A stretch of 64,000 bases of DNA, taken from contig NC_068993.1 of assembly GCF_001194135.2 (NCBI RefSeq), forward strand, positions 56,889,917 through 56,953,916. The letters run 5' to 3'. Both the position numbers and the translations under genes were made by a program. The notes under the pieces are model-generated. The model was given only the letters and a program-made list of their open reading frames with translations, was not told the origin of the DNA and made no database searches. This document shows, piece by piece, positions 12,962-24,950 of the stretch. The number at the start of each line of letters is the position of its first letter. Positions within the stretch are counted from its first letter, which is position 1. The DNA comes from Octopus bimaculoides. Its lineage: Eukaryota.

Positions 12962-13153
12962 AGGCCCAATGGCCCAGTGATTAGGGCAGCGGACTCGCGG
13001 TCGGAGGATCGCGGTTTCGATTCCCAGACCGGGCGTTGTGTGTGTTTATTGAGCGAAAACACCTAAAGCTCCACGAGGCTTCGGCAGCAGGGTGGTGCCG
13101 ACCCCTGTTGTACTCTTTCACCCCAACTTTCTCTCACTCTTTCTTCCTGTTTC
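12962..13153 (+). mobile_element. SINE family C (tRNA-Arg-like head), 3'-truncated
   Basis: ggcccaatggcccagtgattagggcagcggactcgcggtcggaggatcgcggtttcgattcccag: A/B boxes and a tRNA-Arg-like sequence, no cloverleaf 3' end. Confidence 0.88.
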
Positions 13154-13183
13154 TTTAGTAACGCTACATTCATATATAATATA

Positions 13184-13334
13184 TGGCTGTGTGGCAAGTA
13201 GCTTGCTTACGAACCACATGGTTCCGGGTTCAGTCCCACTGCGTGGCACCTTGCGCAAGTGTCTTCTACTATAGCCTCGGGCCGTCCAAAGCGCTGTGAG
13301 TGGATTGGGTAGGCGAAAACTGAAAGAAGCCCGT

Positions 13335-13420
<86 letters not shown>

Positions 13421-13514
13421 TATATATGTATATATATATATATGTATGTATATATGTATGTATATGTTTGTGTGTCTGTATTTGTCCCCCCAGCATCGCT
13501 TGACAACTGATGTG
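13184..13514 (+). mobile_element. SINE family B with an expanded internal (TA)n of about 135 bp
   Basis: Head, CORE-like motif, microsatellite, then gtccccccagcatcgcttgacaac. Confidence 0.9.
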
Positions 13515-14654
13515 AATTGCAATGAAACGGGAAAAGATTCATCAAAGATCAGTGTGGAATATCATTTATTAAAATGTAATTTTGGATGAGATGCAACTCG
13601 GAGTTTCACGTTTCGAATCGTCATGTTACAGTTAATTGGAACATAAGAAATTACTTATATGCACACGGCAAGCAGATTGGCTTCTTTAGAAACAGGTGAC
13701 ATTTGAAGAATATGGGTAGAGGGAATATCATTGTGGGAATGGAATGGAAAGTGAGGGGGGGGGGGGTAAGATGGAATTAGGATGTGCGGAGTGGAAGGTT
13801 GATTTGAAGTAAAATCATGAATGGGGTTATTTGTGAGATGCAACACTTAGCAGAGAGGAAGAAGCATATTAGGAAGGAGAAGAGAAGGAAATGGGAGAAG
13901 AAGGAGGGAGAGGTGAGCAAGAAGGAGAGGAAAAGAGGGAGAGAATGATGGCAGGGGTGGGGTGATGGTGAAGGAATATGATGGGGGATGAGTATGAGGA
14001 GAAGTACAAGAATATGCTGAAGGAGAATAAAAGAATGAAGGCGAAGTAGAAATTGCGATGCAAACAAAGGATTAGATAACGTACAATAAGAAAACGAAAA
14101 GTTACTAAGGGAATCATAAAATAGTNNNNNNNNNNNNNNNNNNNNNNNNNNNNNNNNNNNNNNNNNNNNNNNNNNNNNNNNNNNNNNNNNNNNNNNNNNN
14201 NNNNNNNNNNNNNNNNNNNNNNNNNNNNNNNNNNNNNNNNNNNNNNNNNNNNNNNNNNNNNNNNNNNNNNNNNNNNNNNNNNNNNNNNNNNNNNTATATA
14301 TATGTATGTATATATATGAAACAAAATGAGTTTATAATCTCGTATAAAATAATAACACAAAGAACTGTCAAAGCAAATGTATTCAATCGCATACGCATAC
14401 ACACTTTCACAGACACACACTGCCAGACACGCATACACACACGCGGGGTTTCTTGTACACGTAATAGCATATATGTATGCATATATATGTGAGTTTATAT
14501 AGACGCATATACCAAATATGTATACGTATGTATGTATGTATGTATGTAAGTGTGTATGTATATATGCATGTATGTAAATGTGTATCCACTTATGTATGTA
14601 TATGTGTGTGTATGTATGTATATATGTATGTATGTATGTAGGCATGCACGTATA

Positions 14655-14697
<43 letters not shown>

Positions 14698-14770
14698 GTA
14701 TATACATAAATAAAGACATACATGTTTACATGTATGCATATATATCATTATCCATCCATCCATCCATCCA

Positions 14771-14833
<63 letters not shown>

Positions 14834-15544
14834 GTACGCATGCACATGTATATGGAGGTACACAGACGTACATACATACATACATATGCATACGTATGTA
14901 CATCTGCAATCATACATTCATGTACACACACACCAACACACACACACACACACGCACACATATATATATATATATACAAACATCTATCCATTCGTATAAA
15001 CATACGTGCATGCATACATACATATATACATATATACATACAAGCATGCATAGATACATAAATACATACATGCATACACACACATATACGCAAATATATC
15101 CATACATACATCTATACATATATACCTACATATATATACACGGTGATGGAGAGATAATTAGAGTAATTCACAAATATTGGAGAAGAGAAAGAAATCGATA
15201 ATAAAGCTCAATTCGCCACAACTCTCCAAGTCGTATCACTCCCCATTTATAACGGCCATCACCGATGTCACTATCGCCAGCGCCACCTAGTTATACAACT
15301 TAACAACTCAGTTATCCACCCTGCAACCTATTTACTCTAAATATTAGATGTCTAAGACGATGACAAATTGCCCCATCTATGGTAAGAAATCAAATACATT
15401 CGTAAAATGAATCGTTACTCATGGGTACCCATATATTACTAACGCGCACGTACACACAAACTCGCGCATTTAGAAATACGCACTCATACACCCGCGTAAA
15501 CATGCACACCTATGTATGCATCCATGTATTTACCTGTGTGGCTG

Positions 15545-15578
<34 letters not shown>

Positions 15579-15658
15579 AGAGAGTGAGAGAGAGAGAGTT
15601 TTATAATGACATAGACACATAAAAGATATATACACACACTGAAGCATGTACAAATATG

Positions 15659-15702
15659 CATGTTTATACATGTTTATACATGTTTATACATGTTTATACA
15701 TG
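15659..15702. repeat. 10-bp tandem repeat (CATGTTTATA) x4
   Basis: Direct inspection. Confidence 0.9.
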
Positions 15703-15726
15703 CGAATGTGTGTGAACGTGACAGAG

Positions 15727-15807
<81 letters not shown>

Positions 15808-15838
15808 TTATGTATATATATACACATACATACATCTA

Positions 15839-15872
<34 letters not shown>

Positions 15873-16132
15873 NNNNNNNNNNNNNNNNNNNNNNNNNNNN
15901 NNNNNNNNNNNNNNNNNNNNNNNNNNNNNNNNNNNNNNNNNNNNNNNNNNNNNNNNNNNNNNNNNNNNNNNNNNNNNNNNNNNNNNNNNNNNNNNNNNNN
16001 NNNNNNNNNNNNNNNNNNNNNNNNNNNNNNNNNNNNNNNNNNNNNNNNNNNNNNNNNNNNNNNNNNNNNNNNNNNNNNNNNNNNNNNNNNNNNNNNNNNN
16101 NNNNNNNNNNNNNNNNNNNNNNNNNNNNNNNN

Positions 16133-16172
<40 letters not shown>

Positions 16173-16388
16173 TGTTTTTCGATGTGTGAGCATACATGTA
16201 TCATAATCACAAGAGAAGAAAATAGCTGTGTTTATATTTTATCTATACGGGCACTTAGCAATATATATGAAACGCACACACATATATACATTTATACGCA
16301 CATGCAAACACACATATATAACTGCATATACACATGCGTGCATGTGTGTATATATGTGTGCATAGATATATAAGTAATTCTGTAAACA

Positions 16389-16429
<41 letters not shown>

Positions 16430-16723
16430 ACAGCTATGTATATGCATACACACGCTGTTTGTAATGAAAAGTGTAAATGTACTCAACACATATTATAGAG
16501 TATAATTATATATCTTAATTATATATAATCATGACAGTCGATGTTTTTTCATGTTTCATGAACGTCCTATCAATCAGAACACTGTGTTAATTATTACGAC
16601 GCAACATATCGATAATGGCCAAACCTGATTATTCCACTCCCACCTGTTTGGCCAGGCTGATTGATAGAACAATTTCGAAACTTGAAGGCACGAGAAATTG
16701 CACCATCCGAAAATAGTAAGGTA

Positions 16724-16760
<37 letters not shown>

Positions 16761-17279
16761 CATATATAGCATATAGATGTGTATATATATANNNNNNNNN
16801 NNNNNNNNNNNNNNNNNNNNNNNNNNNNNNNNNNNNNNNNNNNNNNNNNNNNNNNNNNNNNNNNNNNNNNNNNNNNNNNNNNNNNNNNNNNNNNNNNNNN
16901 NNNNNNNNNNNNNNNNNNNNNNNNNNNNNNNNNNNNNNNNNNNNNNNNNNNNNNNNNNNNNNNNNNNNNNNNNNNNNNNNNNNNNNNNNNNNNNNNNNNN
17001 NNNNNNNNNNNNNNNNNNNNNNNNNNNNNNNNNNNNNNNNNNNNNNNNNNNNNNNNNNNNNNNNNNNNNNNNNNNNNNNNNNNNNNNNNNNNNNNNNNNN
17101 NNNNNNNNNNNNNNNNNNNNNNNNNNNNNNNNNNNNNNNNNNNNNNNNNNNNNNNNNNNNNNNNNNNNNNNNNNNNNNNNNNNNNNNNNNNNNNNNNNNN
17201 NNNNNNNNNNNNNNNNNNNNNNNNNNNNNNNNNNNNNNNNNNNNNNNNNNNNNNNNNNNNNNNNNNNNNNNNNNNNNNN

Positions 17280-17338
<59 letters not shown>

Positions 17339-17984
17339 TATATCTTACATATATATATATATTACATATGTATATATGTGTATATATACGTGCACATGCG
17401 CATATGTGAATGGGTTCTTTGTTTTTGTTCTTTAAATGTTTATGCGTATGATGTTCGTAATGACTTGTGTTAATGTGAATTATATCTGAAAATGAGATGG
17501 GGTAATCAAGGCTTAAAACTCTTTGATTTGATCAAATCCGTTGGATTAAGCCGACCTGGGTATACACAACAATACCGAAGGACACATTGGATAATATTGC
17601 CATCTATTGGATATTTCTGGAAAATAATGATGACGGCGATTAGTAAAGCCTTTGACTGCTTTGATCTTCGATTTGTTTCATGGAGGCTAATCTGCAGCTA
17701 AAACAACAGCAGCCACACCACCAACAACAAATCGCCTACGGTTGTTACTAACCAATCATTTACGATATGGATGTATTGTAATATCTCTCTATCATATGGC
17801 TGCAACGTAAAAACTAATTTCTCTCGTGCTCTGTAACACATATTGCTGTGCTGTCAATTATTTCCCTGCTCTACACTGAACTCCAAAATATTTACACGCG
17901 GTTTAAAAATAAGGGTAACTCTCAAAGTTATACACAGCAAACTTATAATAATAATAATAGTGATAAAAATAAATAATAATTTAA

Positions 17985-18104
17985 TTCTTTATTGCCCACA
18001 GGGGGAGCTAAACATAGAGGGGACAAACAAGGACAGACAAAGTTACTAAATCGGTTACATCGATCCCAGGCCGAAAGGATGAAAGGCAAAGTCGACCACA
18101 ACGA

Positions 18105-18106
<2 letters not shown>
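17985..18106 (-). mobile_element. SINE family A 3' fragment (tail type 1) between (AAT)n tracts
   Basis: Reverse complement of the tail ctttgtctgtccttgtttgtcccctctatgtttagc...gtgggcaataaagaa and a partial core; (AAT)n at 18104-18166. Confidence 0.8.
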
Positions 18107-18167
<61 letters not shown>

Positions 18168-20566
18168 CTTGACCATTTCAATACAATGACCCTTCTTTCT
18201 CTCTTTTACTACATCCATCTCTCTATCTGTCTGACTATCAGTCTATCTATCTATCTCTCTATCTGCCTGTCTATGTATCTATCTGCTTATACATCTTCCA
18301 TTGTCTCCAAAACTTCACCCCCAAAAAACAAAAAAAACAAAAAAAAACAAAATAATGTTCTGTTAGAAAAAAAAAACCCAAAACACCTGTTTTATATAAA
18401 TAAGCNNNNNNNNNNNNNNNNNNNNNNNNNNNNNNNNNNNNNNNNNNNNNNNNNNNNNNNNNNNNNNNNNNNNNNNNNNNNNNNNNNNNNNNNNNNNNNN
18501 NNNNNNNNNNNNNNNNNNNNNNNNNNNNNNNNNNNNNNNNNNNNNNNNNNNNNNNNNNNNNNNNNNNNNNNNNNNNNNNNNNNNNNNNNNNNNNNNNNNN
18601 NNNNNNNNNNNNNNNNNNNNNNNNNNNNNNNNNNNNNNNNNNNNNNNNNNNNNNNNNNNNNNNNNNNNNNNNNNNNNNNNNNNNNNNNNNNNNNNNNNNN
18701 NNNNNNNNNNNNNNNNNNNNNNNNNNNNNNNNNNNNNNNNNNNNNNNNNNNNNNNNNNNNNNNNNNNNNNNNNNNNNNNNNNNNNNNNNNNNNNNNNNNN
18801 NNNNNNNNNNNNNNNNNNNNNNNNNNNNNNNNNNNNNNNNNNNNNNNNNNNNNNNNNNNNNNNNNNNNNNNNNNNNNNNNNNNNNNNNNNNNNNNNNNNN
18901 NNNNNNNNNNNNNNNNNNNNNNNNNNNNNNNNNNNNNNNNNNNNNNNNNNNNNNNNNNNNNNNNNNNNNNNNNNNNNNNNNNNNNNNNNNNNNNNNNNNN
19001 NNNNNNNNNNNNNNNNNNNNNNNNNNNNNNNNNNNNNNNNNNNNNNNNNNNNNNNNNNNNNNNNNNNNNNNNNNNNNNNNNNNNNNNNNNNNNNNNNNNN
19101 NNNNNNNNNNNNNNNNNNNNNNNNNNNNNNNNNNNNNNNNNNNNNNNNNNNNNNNNNNNNNNNNNNNNNNNNNNNNNNNNNNNNNNNNNNNNNNNNNNNN
19201 NNNNNNNNNNNNNNNNNNNNNNNNNNNNNNNNNNNNNNNNNNNNNNNNNNNNNNNNNNNNNNNNNGGGAATGAAGTTTATCTGTATATATCTTCATCAAA
19301 GAAGCGGGAAATACTTCCGGGTTGTTTTTTGGGGTACCCTTGTGGAGACAGGAATAAAAAATTCAACATTGAATGTATTCCGTGTATATATTTGATAAAT
19401 AAATTCAAAAAAGGATAAAACTTTTTTACAAGAATTTTATCAAGAAGCCAGTGTGTAAAAAAATTCATTAGGGAAATTTCTATTCCCAAGAATATAATTA
19501 TTCGTTTATATTTATATAAAGGGCATTATTATAGAAAAATAATAACGCCACACGGTGGACTTCTCAAAATAACCACATTTAGTACCTATGCGAGGAAAAA
19601 ACAACCAACAGAAGATGACCAACTGTCTTTTAAAATAGACTTAATTTCGTATCGACCGATTTCGTATGTACTCGTATGTATGTACTCATATATAAATCGC
19701 AAATATTACGCAAACTTTCACTTCACTTCGAAATGCGTTGCAAGTATAGTTGGTGCAGAAATAATTGTACCTGATTATAAAAAATGTTAAAGAATTTCTT
19801 TGTTTTATTATTTGGATTATATATATGTAAGTAGGTATGCATGTATGTATGCATGTATATGAGTGTGTGTGTGTCTGTGTGTTTATTCTTGTGCTTGTAA
19901 GTGCATTACTATGATGGAGAAAATATCACAGGAATACCAAAGGTAAATTTCTTAAATAGGGTTGTATTGAAGCTCGTAAAACCTTTTTCAACCTTTAGTT
20001 GAATGTGAACATTAATAATCATCATTCAGAAGTGAACTTTTGCGACAAGTACATGCTTTTAGATCTTACAACGATCATCGGTTGACAAAAAGTAAAATGT
20101 GTATTTAAATTTAAATGGCAAAATTGTTACTACATATTAAAATCCAATAAATTCAAATTGATTTTCAAATGTGACAGCCACTTGTCTAATCAGCTTGAAA
20201 TGTTCATTTTGCTTCTGCTGCCCATTACATAATTTAAAATATTGATTTGTAACAAAAGAAAAAAAAAAGACAAAACAAAACGGAAATAGACCGAAAAATG
20301 ACTGGTCATCGGTTATATGGAACTCGGAGTAACACTTTTAAATGTTTCTCCTTTTCCGTAAAGCTCTTTCTTCCTTTCTTCTTCTGTATCTCTCCCTGTC
20401 CCTATATATATANNNNNNNNNNNNNNNNNNNNNNNNNNNNNNNNNNNNNNNNNNNNNNNNNNNNNNNNNNNNNNNNNNNNNNNNNNNNNNNNNNNNNNNN
20501 NNNNNNNNNNNNNNNNNNNNNNNNNNNNNNNNNNNNNNNNNNNNNNNNNNNNNNNNNNNNNATATA

Positions 20567-20818
20567 GGGGACGTAAACACACCACCATCGGTTGTCAAGC
20601 GATCTTGGGGGTACAAACATAGGCACACACACACATATATATATACATATACACAACGGGCTTCTTTCAGTTTCCGTCTACCAAATCCACTCACAAGGCG
20701 TTGGTCGGCCCGAGGCTATAGTAGAAGACACTTGCCCAAGGTGCCACGCAGTGGGACTGAACCCGGAACCATGTAGTTAGTAAGCAAGCTACTTACCACA
20801 CAGTCACTCCTGCGCCTA
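20567..20818 (-). mobile_element. SINE family B, 3'-truncated at a gap
   Basis: Reverse complement of head, CORE-like motif and body. Confidence 0.9.
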
Positions 20819-20830
20819 TATGTTCATATA

Positions 20831-21048
20831 CAGTAATCCTTCGCCATATCGCGGTTCGCCTATCGCGGTTCACCTATCGCGGTTTATTATTTAAGCTTAC
20901 GTCGATTCTTCCGTGGTGTTGTTTTGTATTTTTAATTACATAAATATATACAAATTATAAAAATAATAAAAACGATATACAGTACAGGATCTTCGCCTAT
21001 AGCGGCGGGCTTTGGAACGTAACACTCGCGATAGTCGAGGGATTACTG
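20831..21048. mobile_element. Tigger/pogo-like MITE (218 bp) with TA target-site duplication
   Basis: TA|CAGTAATCCTTCGCCATATCGCG ... CGCGATAGTCGAGGGATTACTG|TA: imperfect TIRs of about 22 bp with TA on both sides. Confidence 0.85.
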
Positions 21049-21058
21049 TATGTATATG

Positions 21059-21355
21059 AGGGCGCATAATCTAGTGGTTCGGGTGTTGTAATCACGATCG
21101 CGAGATCGTGGTTTCAAATACTAGACCGGGTAGTGCGTTGTGTTCTTGATCAAAACACGTCATGTCTCGTAGCTCTGAGATCACTTCGACACCTGAGGCG
21201 TGGCGCACCGTGCACCTGTTCAGGTAATATCGATTTGAAGGGAGGAGTTAGGAAATGCACAGCACCTATATTTGACTACTAATAACAAAATTATTTGTGC
21301 AGGTCTTTGGGCAAAAACTGTACTCTCCCGTTGAGGACGGCAGAGTCCACCATCC
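21059..21355 (+). mobile_element. tRNA-derived SINE family G (C-related head, distinct body)
   Basis: ggcgcataatctagtggttcggg...gtttcaaatac...gcgttgtgttcttgatcaaaacac: the head resembles families C and F. Confidence 0.7.
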
Positions 21356-23043
21356 TTACACACAAGCTCACAAAAACAAACACACACACACACATACACG
21401 CACGCACATGTATGTTTGTGTTTGTGACACACACATATGCAAACTGATTCTGAATAAAACATCAGAGGCTAGGACTAGAACACTTCTGGTCTTTGTAGCT
21501 GTGCCACCTAATGTTAAAAAAAAAAACGACAACAAACAACTGCGTTACATTAATCAGACCATCTCATTTGAATATATAATGAGCATCATTTTGCTCTTAT
21601 TTTGTATGCAGAATCGGTAAAGAGGCGAAGAAAACGCGTTGCGGTATTTCGGTTATGTTCCTTTGTTTAGAATTCCAATCTTGCCATTACCAATATGAAC
21701 TCTCTTCTTTTTAAGGTCGTAAAATTCTAGTACTAGTTAAGTACTGGCCTCCATGTAACCTACTAAACCGCCCTATCTAAAGAAAAAAAAAATCATTATT
21801 ATGTGCCTACTTTTATTTTGTTTTATTTTATTTTTGTCTGAATTTTTATTTTTATTCAAAATTAATATTGAAATTCGCTGAAAAAAAGGAAAACAACGTA
21901 ATATTTTCCATATTTCCATAATTCTTATTGATTTTAACTTTATCCTAAATCTAAAAATCCTATTAGGATTTTACGGATGTAGAGTGATTAAAAATTTATG
22001 TTTAAACTTGAATTGATTTGAAAATTACTTTTTAAAGAACGAATTAATTCTTCTCATTCTAATACATCGAGCAGAACTATGATCAAAAGCGTATGCCAGC
22101 CGAGAACCAATGAAGGGGGTCTCTATGCGAACGCTCGGTTTGGATAGAAATAACAGAGAAATGTCACTGTAATCACATCTTATAGTATTCAAACAGGAAG
22201 GAAACATTGGATAATGTAGTTATCGATATTCTACTATTTTTTGGAAAAAGAAACAACAAAAACAACAACAAAACAAACACGTGACGGTCACGGTTTTAAC
22301 GTCTTTGATCAGTGATCTGATCGATCAGGAGTTGTATGTAGCTAACCAATACTAAGAACAGCAACAACGACAACAACAACAAACACTACAAAAACATCAT
22401 TAACAACAACAATAACAAATGTAACGACTGGAAACCATTTCATGAGGCGTTGGACTATAGATGTTCTTTCACAAGAAAACACCTTGCCAATGCGAAATAA
22501 ATAATGTTTTCAAACTTCATCTCTCGGTTTTGTCTGATTTCTACACTATTTTCTTTCTTTTTTTTTTTTTGTATTTGTATTGCACGCTCTTTCGCATTTC
22601 TCGCTCGTTCCCTTTCTCTCTTTCTTTCCATGCGGTTTTGTATATTTACACTAACGTTTAAAAATAGTTCAAAATACTATACTGTGGTGCTTGTCATATA
22701 GAAAAGAAAACCCCAACATATCATCCGTCATCGCCAACAATTCTTAACGCAAACCGTACGTCCACAAATACACATACACACGGATAAATGCGCACGATTT
22801 GACAGAGGCACAAACGCAAGGACAAACATACTCGCGGGTCAACACACAAAGGCATTTACAAAGTGCAAATCCTTTAATCATATCCTTAACATAATTTCAA
22901 AGCAACTCCATTGCTTGTTGGCCTATAAGGCTTCCTTAATGCGGTTGAGATGAGTCCATCAAAGCATTGAGTGTTAAAAGATCTGAAAGCCATAGACAAG
23001 CGTGACAGGCGAAACAACTTACCCTGAATCCCATTTAAAAGCG

Positions 23044-23084
23044 ATGAACATCGATGTTTCGCTACTTTTGTAGCTTATCAACAT
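23044..23084 (-). ncRNA. Candidate minimal type-I hammerhead ribozyme, U3-A8 core variant
   Basis: Minus strand: AUG-UUGAUAA-GCUAC(AAAA)GUAGC-GAAA-CAUCGAUG-UU-CAU. Perfect 5-bp stem II, palindromic stem III, GUU cleavage triplet, 3-bp stem I. Confidence 0.7.
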
Positions 23085-24087
23085 ATACATGCTTATTATG
23101 CGTACAACTATTAATATACGGACGATTAACGTCGTTTTCTGAACGTTCCAAGTCGATGTCCCACTACCATCTGTATCTTAGAAAAAAGATCCCCAATCTA
23201 TTCCAGAATTCTTTCAATCTAAACTTAATATTTATCATCTTCCACACCAGTCATCCTCTTTAACCATCGCCCCTTAATGCCATAACGAATGGAACTTTGC
23301 CACGCGTAATTAAACCTCCAATTATCCGATAATTTTGCGCCCCGTGGTACTTCCACCAACAAAAGTTTCTCCATATTTAAACGTATGTTTATGCATTTTT
23401 ATTTCCCCTAACACGATTATACATTGCTACATTAATATCATTTTATTCTATTTACTATTTGATCGCATGCATATTTTAATTCGCTACACTAAATTTAAAA
23501 AAAAAATTATTCATTTTTCCCCCTACGCAAAAATGTTTTCTACACAATTTTTCATCGTATTTTTCAAATTCCTTCGTATGAACTTTAACTTTCTATATTT
23601 TATCGTTTGCATTTCGAATATGTTTTTAATATATTTGATTTAATAACGTTATGCTCCACGAACATGAAATTTTCTACACATATTTTCATCATATGATTCC
23701 GTCTAAAGAAATTTATATATTTTATAGTTAACGCCTTTGCACGAACTTGCATTTTAAATACGTTATTAATATGTTTTGTTTTACAAATTAATTGCATGCA
23801 TACTTAATTCAATAAATTTTTATGGTCTACACGGTCTTTTAACATACAAACTGATATTGTGCATTTTATTATTATTATTATTATTATTGTTATTATGTTT
23901 CCACTGATTTTAGTCGCTATCTATACCGACTCGATATTCCATTTAAAATTTTTTTACTCAAATCAAGTATTTCAGCAAAACAGTGTAACCTATTTTCATC
24001 ACCGATTTAAAATATAAATTTTTTCTTTAAATAGTTTTTGCACGATTATATACCTAAATATAATATACATATATCCATACATACATA

Positions 24088-24224
24088 CAGTGTTCAATTG
24101 GTACTTAATTTACGACCCCAAAACGATGAAAGGTAAAGTCGACCTCAGCGGAATTTGAACTCAGAACGAATCAACGCTAAGCATTTAGCCCGGTGTGCTA
24201 ATGAGTCTGCCAGCTCGCCGCCTT
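24088..24224 (-). mobile_element. SINE family A, 3'-truncated
   Basis: Reverse complement of head (aaggcggcgagctggcagac), B box and core. Confidence 0.85.
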
Positions 24225-24267
24225 AATATACTCACTAATAATAATGGTTGTATATGCGATGCTGAGT

Positions 24268-24420
24268 AGGCGCGTGCCTTAGTAATTAGGCTGTTGGATC
24301 GTAAGATTGCGGTTTCAGTTTTTGAACCGGGCCACGCGTTGTGATCTTGAGCAAAACACTCCATTTCAAGTTGCTCCAGTCCGACCAGCTAGTATTAAAT
24401 GCACCGGCGACCCATTCAGG
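24268..24420 (+). mobile_element. tRNA-derived SINE family F 5' part, followed by (TG)n at 24424-24474
   Basis: ggcgcgtgccttagtaattagg...cgcgttgtgatcttgagcaaaacac...gttgctccagtcc. Confidence 0.7.
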
Positions 24421-24476
<56 letters not shown>

Positions 24477-24596
24477 AGCATATGTACCATGGAAACCCAG
24501 AAACTGGCTCTTTGAGCCTATATGTCTCAGCAAGTGTCTTTATCCTTCCACCCTGTATATAACAATAGCGTAGAATGTTTCAGCAGTGTCAGACAT

Positions 24597-24635
24597 TTGC
24601 TGAAGAGATCTTAACGATGATCGAAACATGTTCGA
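24597..24635 (+). ncRNA. Candidate minimal type-I hammerhead ribozyme (Penelope-type)
   Basis: UUG-CUGAAGA-GAUC(UUAACGAU)GAUC-GAAA-CAUG-UU-CGA. Canonical core, 4-bp stem II, palindromic ACAUGU helix III, GUU triplet. Confidence 0.7.
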
Positions 24636-24905
24636 CTCAATCCATTTTTCTATCCACAGAGAGATTCTATGAATATGATGAATTTTAATTAATCTATACA
24701 CGCAATGTCGGCTTGAGATTTATAGTTTTATTATATTTGTAAAACACACACACATGTACCTTCATATGTATTTCAAATATAACGACGCAAAATTTGTACG
24801 CATCATCCACACACATATATACTCTCATGTAAATGTACATATATTATTATAAGCATGTATCATATATAATGCACACTTAAACACATACACGCACAAAGAC
24901 ATGTG

Positions 24906-24950
<45 letters not shown>

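Noticed and set aside
12962-13035. tRNA-Arg-like sequence (also at 43710-43782, 51198-51270, 53590-53655)
   Set aside because: No acceptor-stem closure; continues into a shared SINE body with TSDs, so these are SINE heads, not tRNA genes.
19746-19772. tatagttggtgcagaaataattgtac resembling a mariner TIR
   Set aside because: No partner TIR or transposase sequence nearby.
22100-22300. CCAAT, DRE (TATCGATA) and E-box CACGTG suggesting a promoter
   Set aside because: The CCAAT and E-box fall in or at copies of a short dispersed repeat; the rest is expected by chance in AT-rich DNA.
23044-24635. A retrozyme (LTR-like direct repeats each holding a hammerhead) formed by the two ribozyme motifs
   Set aside because: The motifs are on opposite strands and their flanks are not homologous.
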